Below are positions 53,491-64,000 of a stretch of DNA of 64,000 nucleotides, piece after piece. This stretch comes from Octopus sinensis (lineage: Eukaryota): positions 91,264,001 through 91,328,000 of the forward strand of contig NC_042999.1 in assembly GCF_006345805.1 (NCBI RefSeq). Reading direction: 5' to 3'. The notes below the pieces were generated by a model. The model was given only the letters and a program-made list of their open reading frames with translations, ran no database searches and had not been told where the DNA came from. Position 1 is the first letter of the stretch. Every line of letters starts with the position of its first letter. The translations under genes were made by a program, and so were the position numbers.

Positions 53491-53549
53491 TATATGCTGT
53501 TCTACATCTTAGAGTATGCTTCTTCTCCGGATGTATGTTTTTAACAAAC

Positions 53550-53550
53550 G

Positions 53551-53609
<59 letters not shown>

Positions 53610-53791
53610 CATACATACATACATACATGCATGCATACATACATACATACATACATACATACATACATACATACATACATACATACATACATACATACAT
53701 ACATACATACATACATACATACATACATACATACATACATACATACATACATACATACATACATACATACATACATACATACATACATACA
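53550..53791. repeat. (TA)n followed by long (CATA)n
   Basis: Direct reading. Confidence 0.97.
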
Positions 53792-53973
53792 TCTTTTGGA
53801 TTTTCAGAAAGAGAAATCGACTGGCTAATTCGTACATTACAAGTGCAATCTGTGAGTGGAACAGTAAAAATATGCAAGACTTCTCTCAAGTTCCAAATAT
53901 AGAGCCTTGTATCTTTGTTGGAAACCGGCTCCCTCCTCAGTGGAAGATTTCTAGTAATTAAAAAATAGAAGAG
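53792..53973 (+). mobile_element. 3' end of (CATA)n-associated RLE LINE
   Basis: LLDFQ/GFSEREIDWLIRTLQVQSVSGTVKICKTSLKFQI*, then UTR gagccttg..gaaaccggctc, then acatacatacat. Confidence 0.8.
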
Positions 53974-54845
53974 ACATACATACATGAATTCACACTCGTA
54001 CATATATTCGTGCACGAGTGCGTGTATATAATGAGCTTAAATATAATTAGCGCATATATTAAATATTATGACAAATATATTGATATTTCTTAAATCAGAG
54101 ACTCCAAAATAAAACGTGGAAGAAATTTATACTAAAATCATCTTGAGGCAAAATAGGTTCATCCTTATGAAATTTTCAGTTGGATAAAAAGAAATCGATA
54201 ATTCGTAGCTGGACAGCATAATTATTCACTATTTAAAATTTCCAAAAATTTTCCGATTTGAAGGAGATTCGATATTACAAAAAAAAAAAAAACTCCACTG
54301 TGCTTTGAAGGTATTAATTCGTATGATACGTTGCTGTCGTTGCGGAAAATCGTTGCTATGAGAAACATGACCTCACATTCTCAGCGTGGCGCTGTAAATA
54401 ACTGAATGAATGAATGAATGAATGAAAAACGTATTGCTAATTTTACAAAGATTTTTTGTAATATAGAAGCTTCTAGTAATTTCAATTTTCATGTAAATTT
54501 TAAATTATGAATAATTTGGGTATCCAACTTCAATTATCGATTCTTGTCCGCTGAAATTCCACATGAACCCAAGCAATGCAATTTCATGTTAGGTAATAAT
54601 ATATAGGAATGATATATAGGAATTGCACAGCGATTCATTAGGTAATGATATATAGGAATGCACAGCGATTCATTGAGTGTGGCAATTAATCAAACGGGAA
54701 AAATGGATCTCAAATATACCAAATAAAGGGAATATGAAATACTTGTACAAATTACTTAACGGGACACCTCGATGCGTCCACAACTATTCACCTCATCGTT
54801 TGACGTTAAACTAAAGACAATAATTCGTATAGCCACACTGTACAT

Positions 54846-55182
54846 AGCATGGCTCAGTGGTTAGAGCGTCGAGCTTACGATTGTGAGGTTGTGAGTTCGA
54901 ATCCCGGACCGGGCTGCGTGTTGTGTTCTTGAGCAAAGCACTTTATTTCACGTTGCTCCAGTTCACTCAGCTGTAGAAATGAGTTGCGACGTCACTGGTG
55001 CCAAGCTGTATCGACCTTTGTCTTTCCCTTGGATAACACTGATGGCGTGGAGAGGGGAGGCTGGTATGCATGGGCGACTGCTGGTCTTCCATAAACAATC
55101 TTGCCCGGACTTGTGTCTAGGAGGGTAACTTTCTAGGTGCAATCCCATGGTCATTCATGACCGAAGGGGGTCTTTACCCTTT
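54846..55182 (+). mobile_element. tRNA-derived SINE family C with CORE/V-like body and RTE-like tail
   Basis: A box tggctcagtgg, B box gttcgaatcc, body ttcttgagcaaagcactttatttcacgttgctccag, tail ccatggtcattcatgaccgaaggg. Confidence 0.92.
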
Positions 55183-55475
55183 TTACATAGTAATTATTTA
55201 CATCATGAATGGTTGTTATTTAAATTAATCAAGAAGGAAGAAAATTACGAATAAGTCACTTTGTGGTTCAATGAGAAAGAATGAGTATTTTACTGAGATA
55301 ATATATACATACACTCACAATACACAACTGAGTAGGCGTCAGGTAAGTTGATATGCTTTAATCAATACCAAGAGTTATATAAAAGAGAGCCGCACAGCTA
55401 CCTAGGTAGTATAATTTTAGGTCATTTAAGCAAAATATTAAATTACACACACACGCTCATATGCATGCACGCTCA

Positions 55476-55512
<37 letters not shown>

Positions 55513-55624
55513 CAACACGGCTGAGTTGACGTCATTTATCCACACTCTCATCGGTAACTATGATTACTCGCATGAAACCTATGGTATCGTACTATTGAAT
55601 TCGCCACTAATAAGTCCATATATA

Positions 55625-55839
55625 CGAGAGGGTTCTGAAAAGTTCCTGGCTTTGGGTAAAAGAAAATACAGGAGAATCAGTTAAATACGACTTTATTAAG
55701 CATATACCCCTCAGATTCACACACTTATTGCAGCGGTCCTTCAGTTTTTCTAAGCCCTGTAAATGAATTTGAACGGTTGGGCCTCCAGCCACGCCTTCCA
55801 CCTTAACCTTAAAGCTAAGAACTTTTCAGCACCACCTCG
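55625..55839. mobile_element. Mariner-type MITE (215 bp), copy 2
   Basis: TA-cgagagggttctgaaaagttcc .. aacttttcagcaccacctcg-TA; homologous to 7442-7658. Confidence 0.85.
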
Positions 55840-55889
55840 TATATAAATGCATAAGTATACATACCTGTCTGTGTGCATGTGTGTGTGAT

Positions 55890-56290
55890 TGCTCATATTG
55901 ACTATTCAGGGGTCAAAGGGGCACATAACATCAATTATATAGCATGTGTGGTTCACCTTGTCCGCCACCACAAGGTTCTGCTAGTTGTGCTCTAACATCA
56001 GTTCTGTTTGGATTGGGAAATTTTACAGAATTTTGCAGGTCTTCGACTCCGCCACTCTCTGCAGTTTGTATTCATACCACGTCTTACCTTTCTCTAGACC
56101 CCACTTTTCACATTATTCTCTTCGCAGGACTTTCACTATCTCATCGCTTCACCACAACTTATAACGGTTTTGGACAAATCTACGGCATTCGTTCACGATA
56201 TGGGCAATAGTTTTGTATACTCTATGACAGATTCGGCACAGTGGAAACAATTGCTCACTCCTCCAATTTGTAGCCAAAGTTTGATCTTGC
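55890..56290 (-). mobile_element. R4/Dong-type RLE fragment
   Basis: CEKWGLEKGKTWYEYK..CKIL*NFPIQTE..LVVADKVNHTCYIIDVMCPFDP. Confidence 0.8.
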
Positions 56291-56483
56291 GGTGCTTGTA
56301 TGGTGGTGGTGGTGGTGTGGTGGTGGTGGTGTTACTTTCGCACAGTTTATACACACTTTACCGAATTCTAATTCGAAAAAGTGACTTCCCACTGTGGAAA
56401 CTGCAGAGTAACATACCACTAGGTTGTCCCAAATAAACTTTCTCTTCTACATTTTGTAGTAATTCTTCATTACTTAACAACAG

Positions 56484-56486
<3 letters not shown>

Positions 56487-56524
<38 letters not shown>

Positions 56525-56585
56525 TACATACATACATACATACATACACACATACACACATACATACACACATACATACATACAT

Positions 56586-56648
<63 letters not shown>

Positions 56649-56722
56649 TACATACATACATACATACATACATACATACATACATACATACATACATACA
56701 TACATACATACATACATACATT
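56487..56722. repeat. (CA)n/(CATA)n microsatellite
   Basis: Direct reading. Confidence 0.95.
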
Positions 56723-57788
56723 TCATTCACCGATCAGCTAATCCATCACCATGCCAATCGGAGAGATTTCTAAGACAGAATGACCACATACCTTGAAAGA
56801 GAAGGCAATTGTCAATTAGGTCAACCCTGAAAGATGGGAGACAAAGTCGATGCAAGTATGGTTTGAACACAAATTGTTTGATCCCACGCCTTGATTCTTT
56901 TGCTATTCACTTCCAGCCTTTTGTACCTAAAATCTATTATGGAATCTATTTTGGTGTTTTCTCGTTATGTAAATAGTTCCATCGTTGATCGCAATGACTT
57001 TACTCTTACAGTATTCTCCATTTATTGTGTTTAGAATACGTTGCTTTCTGATTAAATCGTTTATTTCGTTCCAGATCTTAGATCAGAATGATTTAGATCT
57101 TCCTGGGAAGAGTACTTTTTGCTACGATATTTCCCCCTCACCTCCAAATATAAAGGGTTAAAAGCAAACTTATGGTTTATATTGTCTCATTGTAATACTT
57201 TTTTCTTCCGTTAGTGGAGTTTCTTTTTTCAGAACGAAGCCTGGGCTCACATTTCAGAAATATTAATTCCCCCTCAAGATCTGGAGTAGAATCTCCGTAT
57301 ATTTTTGTTAGTTGTTGGTGTGTTGTGAATTTATCGCTAGTTTTTCATTTTATGATAATATTTAGCTGCCATATTCTTCAGCATAAATTCTTTATACTTT
57401 CTTCTTGAGTCTTTATCTACCTGCGTTGCTTATGATGGGTTGTTTCATTGCTCCACACTCTGCAAATACCTCCCAGATGTTCTTTAAGAGTAAGAGCAGC
57501 GAAATATTCCAATATTTGCCTTCACATTTTAAACACCGTCTGCATTTATTTTATCAATAACGTTTATCGTGAAGGGAGCTAGTTTTCTCTCCTATCAAAA
57601 AGATCCTGTTGCTAAACTTTGGCTATAAAATGTTTTTTTTAACTGCGTATATTCTACATTTGTTTGTGCTGAAATAATATGTAGAGATACCGTTGCATGC
57701 ATGTATGTATGTATGTATGTATGTATGTATGTATGTATGTATGTATGTATGTATGTATGTATGCATGTATGTATGTAATGTAATGTAA

Positions 57789-58105
57789 TTATTCAGTTTT
57801 ACTTCAAGATTTCTTGCAAAGAGCTGGTTTCTAACCTAGATCCAAGGCTCCTTAAATGGAATTTCTAAAACATCAACAGGGTATTTTTGTATGTATGCAT
57901 ACGTGCAGATTTGTATGTTTTGTTTTATGTATGTATTTTCATGCATATAGTTGCATATCTAGACATGCACATATATACTTAAATGGTAAACTTCTGGAAA
58001 GTTTTACATATTTTTACAGTTCCAATGATGGCGTGAATCTGCAATCTTCAAATCAGCTTTCTCTTTTCTGGTTTTGAGAAACCTAATTTCTCAATGTTGG
58101 TTTTG
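57789..58105 (-). mobile_element. 3' end of (CATA)n-associated RLE LINE, with (CATA)n on both sides
   Basis: TNIEKLGFSKPEKRKLI*RLQIHAIIGTVKICKTFQKFTI*, plus the UTR shared with 43166. (TATG)n at 57678-57776 and 58106-58160. Confidence 0.85.
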
Positions 58106-59003
58106 TATGTATGTATGTATGTATGTATGTATGTATGTATGTATGCATGCACGTATGTATGTATGCACACATGTATGTATGCACACATGTATGTATGCAC
58201 ACATGTATGTATACATGTACATGTTATGTTACGTATGTACAGAGTGTTATTATGCATTCAAGTCTACATGGGAATGTATATGTATATACGCTTATATGTA
58301 TAAACGTATCCAAGTTTTAATGTAAGCTTGCACAAACCAACGCATTCACTTATGCATAAAATATGAGTTTATATACATATCGATGGAGAGTTAGGGAGTT
58401 AGGTAATTAGATAAAAAGGCTAATGAGTGTACAGCTAAACAAAGAGAAGACATAATTAGCCATCAAAGGAAGAATACACAAATGATATGACAATAAAATG
58501 ATAAAAGCGATTGGAAGAAATGTTCCCAGTAGATATCATTTATTCTCCACCAGTCATTTTGCTCTATATGTAAAGTGCAATAATAGAAACAAAACATCTA
58601 TTTCATACATACACCCACGCACATGCACTCACATGTGCGCGCGTACTCAGACAAACACACACACACACTGAGGCATAATATGAAAATTACCTTAGTTTAT
58701 TAACATAAATGAAAAACTTACACCTTGAAATTGAAATTATCTGAATGTAAAGTGAACTGAGCGCCTTGAAGTGTAATTTATCAGTTTGTCGACGAACTGG
58801 TGCTACTTTTGTACAATTTATTTGTTTAACAAAGCAATTACCACTAGCATGATACTTCAAAGATAAACTTTTCTTTGTCAGTGATATGTACAAAACAAAC
58901 ACACATACATATCATACATGCATACGCACATGCGTATATATGCGTACGTAGCTATATGTATATGTGTATATGTCTGTGTGTGTGTGAGCGTGTGGGCATG
59001 TGA

Positions 59004-59046
<43 letters not shown>

Positions 59047-59071
59047 TGTGTGTGTCTGTATGTATATAGAT

Positions 59072-59237
59072 ACAGGCGTGGTGGTGTGGTATGTAGCTTG
59101 CTTCCCAACCACATGGTTCCAGGTTAAGTCTCACTGCGTAGCACCTTTGTCACGTATCTGTTGCTGTAGCTTCGGGCCGACCAACGCCTTGTGAGTTGAT
59201 TTGGTATACGGGAACTGAAAGAAGCCCGTCATATATA
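59072..59237 (+). mobile_element. SINE family B, 5' half
   Basis: Matches 45162-45325; ends at the internal TA tract where the Tc1 begins. Confidence 0.82.
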
Positions 59238-60348
59238 CATGGGTTGGACAAAATAATGGAAACACCTAGCATCATAGCATCATAATTTTGAAATATCTAT
59301 ATAACCGTCAAAAGCTTGTTTATTTTTATGCTTTTTGATTTATTATTAGTGTTGCTTAATGTGTTTCTAACACTGCTACTTCTTTTCAGATATCATCAGA
59401 AAAAGGTAATTAAAATTCTTTAAAATGACAGCTCTATTGGACTTTCAAAGAGGTCAAATTGTTGGTGCTCGCATGGCAGGCGCTAGTGTAACGAAAACAG
59501 TCGAAATGCTTGATGTATCAAGAAGTACTGACTTGAAAGTAATGATTGCCTTTGAGAAAGAGGGAAAAAAACCTCATCGTCGAAACAAAACTCCGGAAGA
59601 AAACCAAAACTTTCAGATAGGGACCATCGGACTCTTACACGAATTATTAGAAAGGACCACAAAAGTAGAGCTCCCAAAATTACTGCAGAGCATATCGAGA
59701 ACCTAGTTTCCACAAAAACTGTTCGCCGGGAGCTGCACAAAGTCGGATTTCACGGGAGGACTTCAATCAGAAAACCACTACTTTCAAAAACAAATTTGCA
59801 AAGCGTGTGGAGTAAAAACTTACAGAATTGGTCCCTAGAGCAGTGGAAGAATGTTATTTTCTCAGACGAGTCATCCTTTAACTTATTTCTAACCACCGGT
59901 CGAGTATACGTGTAGAGACAGCCAAAAGAAGCTTTTGATCCAGACTGCCTTCTTCCAACTGTTAAACATGAAGGATGATCTGTGATGATCGGCGGGGGTG
60001 CTATATCTTGGAAATCCGTTGGCCCAATAGTTTCTCTTCATGGCAGAATTAATAGTGAAGACGTTTTAAGCATTTTCTCTGATCAAATTCATCCTATGGT
60101 TGCCGAACTGTTTCTGAAGGGAAACGCAATCTTTCAGGATAAGGCATCAATTCACACAGCTAACGTTGTTACTGAATGGCACGAGGAACATTCTAGTGAA
60201 GTTGAACATGTTATCTGGCCAGCACAGTCTCCAGATCTCAATATTATTGAACATGTATGATGCATTTTAGAAAAACAAGTAAGGAGTCAATATCCTCCAT
60301 CATCATCACTACAAGAACTGGACACTATTTTAGCTGAAGAATGGACTA
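59238..60348 (+). mobile_element. Tc1-family transposon, 3'-truncated
   Basis: TA|catgggttggacaaaataatggaaacac TIR. MTALLDFQRGQIVGARMAGASVTKT; WKNVIFSDESSF; AISWKSVGP..IFQD..WPAQSPDLNIIEHV. No right TIR. Confidence 0.92.
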
Positions 60349-60653
60349 GCCCAGTGAGAGATATGCGGTGTCCTTTATTAATATTCATGAATGATGCAAT
60401 ATGGTTCCGATATTGACTTTTGAAGGAATCTGCAGTCTCACCAATATATACAAATACATCTGCTAGTTTTCTCACTATGCATTTGTATATTACATTCTTC
60501 CGAAAGCATTCGTTTTGCAGAAGACATATGTTCTCTTCTCTGAAACTACAACTGTTTACCACACTGCCTTCTACTCGATCGTAATATGTCTTTCTTCAAT
60601 TCCTAATCTTTCTTTTATAGTTTCTGTTGTTATTATTAGACTATTCTATTGGG

Positions 60654-60880
60654 TGGCGAGCTGACAGAATCGTTAGCCCGCTGGATGAAATGCTTAGCAG
60701 CATTTCGTCTGTCTACATGTTCTAAGTTAAAATTCTGCTGAGGTCGACTTTACCTTTCATCCTTTAGGATCGATAACTTAAGTAACAGTTGAGTACTGCG
60801 ATCAATGTAATCGACTTAACCCTTCCCCCAAAATTTCAGGCCTTGTGCCTATAGTAGAAAGGATTATTAGTTCTCTCTAC
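60654..60880 (+). mobile_element. SINE family A, tandem copy 1
   Basis: tggcgagctgacagaatcgttagc..aaatttcaggccttgtgcctatagtagaaaggattatt. Confidence 0.88.
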
Positions 60881-60884
60881 AGAG

Positions 60885-61107
60885 CGGCAAGCTGGCAGAA
60901 TCGCTGGCGTGCCGGGTAATATGCTTAGCGGCATTTCGTCCTTCTTTGCATTTTAAGTTCAAATTCCGACGAGATCGACTTTGCCTTTCATCCTTTCGGT
61001 ATCGATAAAACAAGTACCGGTATTACACTGGGAGTTGATTTAATCGCCAGTCCCTTCCTCAAATTTCAGGCCTTGTGTCTATAGTATAAAGAACTATTAG
61101 TTCTCTA
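60885..61107 (+). mobile_element. SINE family A, tandem copy 2
   Basis: cggcaagctggcagaatcgc..aaatttcaggccttgtgtctatagtataaagaactatt. Confidence 0.88.
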
Positions 61108-62564
61108 TATATATATCCTTCATTACCATTCTTGTGGTTGCGTTTAGATCTATTATCATTAAAATTTTCAGTGTATCTCTTTTTAATTGCACTATTCTTG
61201 CCATCGCTTATATTATTACTTTTGTCATAATTATTTAGATGGGTTTAATTATTTTCTTCTTTATTATTACAATTCTTATTAGATTGATAATTTTTTTTCA
61301 ACCCCATTAATTGTGTTAGTTAACTCTTGGTTTATCTTTATATTATTAAATTCATGAATGTAGTATTCTAGGTTATTAGAAGTAGGGAACGATAATTTCA
61401 CTGTATGTCTGATTAAAACTTCGTAGTATTCGTCAGATTTTGGAAAATGTTTATCCAATGCAGCAAGCACGCCCGGATGATATTTGTAATCCGAAAATTT
61501 GATTATATAACAAAATATTGCATTTTTATATACTTTTTGTTCGGTCTATACTAGTATAATCTGTGGTAGGGCCATTAGCTAAGGAGTTACAGCTATGAGT
61601 GATACTTCGATTAGTCCTATTTTCTCTTCTAGGTTTATTTATTGTGGCATTTTCTCTCTTTCTTGGGTTACGACGGCCACCTTCTTTTATTTCGTGTTTA
61701 TAATTTCTTCTACCAAATTAAAGTTTAGTGCTAGTATTATTGTGGCTATGTCGATTAATAAGATCGTTATTAGGAATATCTTTGATATTCTTAGCATAAC
61801 AAGCTCTAGCTAATATTGCGTTGCAATAATGTGTCAGTGACTTAAATATTTTATTAGCCGATATTCGATTAGATATTTTTTTTTTACAGATCCGTTTTTT
61901 CAGAGGGTAGGTGATTAGAGTTACATTTGTATATCTTAGGTTTTCGTTAGGTTTATGGTATGGTTCAAATAATCTGGTATCCAGACTAAACGTTGCCTCA
62001 GAAAAAAGTGCCGTATGGTAATTATTTTCTATAGCGACAAATAGTCCGGAATTTTTGAAGAATTTAAAAAGTCGTTTCATGCATCTCTTCATTTCTTCCT
62101 TACTACACCTACCTAGTATGAAGGGAGCTAAGTATACTGCTCCCATCTTAGGAAACCGGGACTCGATCTGGATTAGACTATATAATCCGACAAGATCAGT
62201 GATTTGTGCTGAGTCGCTTGATTCCGTTGCAATGTCGAAAGTGTCAACCCTATTGGATCATGTCCAAAGCTTATTATCGAAATCTGAGCACTACGTGCAG
62301 CTAGTATAAAATCTATATCTTATCTAGATCAATCAGAATTGCGCACAGCAAAAATTATAATATTGTCAAGAAGTTTATTCCTTATTTCACCATATAACGA
62401 GTCAGAATGTTACCGATTGTTCCACACCGACTATTGCACTAGGATAAGCATTTTACTCAGTCCCAAAGATGTAGGACGTTATTCAGTCAGCATAGATTAA
62501 GAGTACAGCTTAGCTGTGCGTTTAGTATAAAAAATATTGGTGAACGCCCATGTGGAATGTTATA

Positions 62565-63100
62565 ACATGTAGCTAGCTACATATGGCGAATAAAAGAAGA
62601 AAGAACTCCGTACAAAACTGGAAACTACAAGAACAACCTGAACTGTATCTGAAAGATGTAAAAGATGCAAGATTTGCTTGGCCGAGAGAAGAATCCTAAA
62701 AGCACTCACACGAACCAGATGGCTTCATGAAGTCAAAGAATGAGCTATTTTGCTGTTACCCTCGTAAAAGGAAATTCGTTCTGACAACGTGGCCTTTCTC
62801 TTTTATGGATTAGAGAAGAGAAAGCATGGGCACATGCACAACTGACTCCCTTTCGAGCTGCTACAATCACCCTATGGGGGTGGGGGAAACTTTTCTTTCC
62901 CTCCTACTTATTACCATTACGAGTACACCAGAACAGTAATATTTACTTCCAGCATAAAAGAGGCTACGCACTTCCGGCCAGCATATATGAAGAGTTGCCA
63001 ATATATCCTAACCCAGTAATTTGCACGAAACCGTCGGTAACATCCCAACCAGTTTTATGGCATAACAAGGAATACTGGGATTGACAATATAAAAGTATAA
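62565..63100 (+). mobile_element. Penelope-like element, C-terminal ORF remnant and 3' (pseudo-LTR) region
   Basis: ASYIWRIKEERTPYK..RCKICLAER..KSKNELFCCYPRKRKFVL; right boundary approximate. Confidence 0.72.
62981..63045 (+). ncRNA. Decayed type-I hammerhead-ribozyme-like motif (candidate)
   Basis: gcatat-ATGAAGA-G-stem II-C-GAAA-ccgtcgg-TA-acatcc. C3 is replaced by A and stem I has mismatches. Confidence 0.45.
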
Positions 63101-63231
63101 CCACTCAATTTCTCTTTTAGAGGGAGCTGCTTTCTGATTTATGGACAACTACCTCATAATATATTTACATACATACATACATGCATACATACATACATAA
63201 TACATACATACACGCACACACACACACACAC

Positions 63232-63540
63232 AACTTAAAAATTGAACCTACCAAGTTAGAACACAACCGGCTAGATATCGTTATGTTGGACCACAAAGAA
63301 AAGACATGTTCTGTTGTAGAAATCAGATGCCCTCTTGGTTAGAAAAATACTAGAGAAAGAGGACATCTATAGAACATTGATAAGGAACTTGCAAATCCAG
63401 TACCAAAGACACACTTTCAGCTTCATACCCATTGTTATTGGAGCAACAGGATACATACCAGGATAGCAGAGTATGGCTGAATTTGGAGTCTTGGAGAGAA
63501 AATGCAAATCCTTAATTCATAAACTACAGATATCTCGGTA
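63232..63540 (+). mobile_element. RLE domain fragment of the (CATA)n-associated LINE
   Basis: HNRLDIVMLDHKEKTCSVVEIRCPL..EKEDIYRTLIRNLQIQY..FSFIPIVIGATG..KSLIHKLQI; preceded by (CATA)n(CA)n. Confidence 0.82.
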
Positions 63541-63544
63541 AATG

Positions 63545-63810
63545 AGAGGGTCACTGGTTCCGTAGTCAAACGGAACAAACTCCTTAAGTATCGGGACTTG
63601 TCAGTGAACCATTTCTTCTAGACTCTGGTGTTTGCGACGTTTGGAGGGGCTGAGGCACTAACAGCGAAATTCTTGTCGCAGTTAGCGGTTCGCCTCACCG
63701 AGGTGTCAAGTGATGCCCATGAAGGAGCATGACTGTTCCAACGCCTTAGCTTCGCCATTGCCCATAGTAATGTCGCGAGCGTGTTGGCTTGCTTCTGTAG
63801 GTTCCGTTGA
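63545..63810 (+). mobile_element. CRE-like LINE RLE C-terminal fragment
   Basis: KRNKLLKYRDLSVNHFF*TLVFATFGG..KFLSQLAVRL..LFQRLSFAIAHSNVASVL resembles the CRE-type KY..F.P...ET.G..QRLS.A...GNAA motif. Confidence 0.68.
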
Positions 63811-64000
63811 ACCTTGTTGTGTGCGACAAATTGAAGCACTTAGCGTTAAATTGATGTTTTCTTCTTTCTTCGCTCATGTTCGTGTTTACTTCTATTTTGG
63901 ATTTCTGTTTTAATGTCTTATATATATATATATAATTTTAAAATTTAAATCTCAATTTTCACGGAATATTAGGGGGGAAAAAATGAAAAGACACCCCGAT

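Larger units (their letters stand above)
60349..62560 (-). mobile_element. Penelope-like element, RT and GIY-YIG segment (inverted relative to its 3' part), interrupted by SINEs
   Basis: FDIATESSDSAQITDLVGLY; FEPYHKPNENLRYTNV; LDKHFPK..RHTVKLSF; NVIYKC..VYIGETADSFKSQYRNH. Confidence 0.88.

Noticed and set aside
54846-54915. tRNA genes at SINE heads (also 41754 and 45162)
   Set aside because: A and B boxes are present, but the sequences continue into SINE bodies and lack a complete acceptor stem
56400-56486. SNEELLQNVEEKVYLG fragment beside a CA/CATA tract as a member of the CATA-associated family
   Set aside because: Too short to assign, and opposite polarity to the repeat; noted as a possible counter-example

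Overview
AT-rich eukaryotic (metazoan) DNA with no prokaryotic genes, no CRISPR array and no recognisable host protein-coding exon. The microsatellite load ((TA)n, (CA)n, (CATA)n, (TAA)n, (GA)n) and the tRNA-derived SINE families suggest a cephalopod, probably Octopus; this is an inference and was not searched. Most listed ORFs are translations of simple repeats. The genuine coding signal is transposon-derived: non-LTR retroelements (R4/Dong-type, a second restriction-like-endonuclease (RLE) lineage, CRE-like, RTE/BovB-like, CR1-like, Tx1/L1-like), a Penelope-like element, mariner and Tc1 transposons, Helitrons and MITEs. The most notable observations are: (1) a stop-free RTE insertion with twin-priming 5'-inversion geometry (30971-33554); (2) an RLE LINE lineage whose fragments sit beside (CATA)n repeats in a consistent orientation, paralleling the (TAA)n-embedded Dong clusters; (3) a 5'-inverted Penelope element with a decayed hammerhead-like motif in its 3' region; (4) a 563-bp palindromic MITE built from two mariner 3' ends; and (5) modular SINEs, one sharing a 3' hairpin with the RTE. 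All alignments were made by eye; clade names and the ends of decayed copies are approximate.
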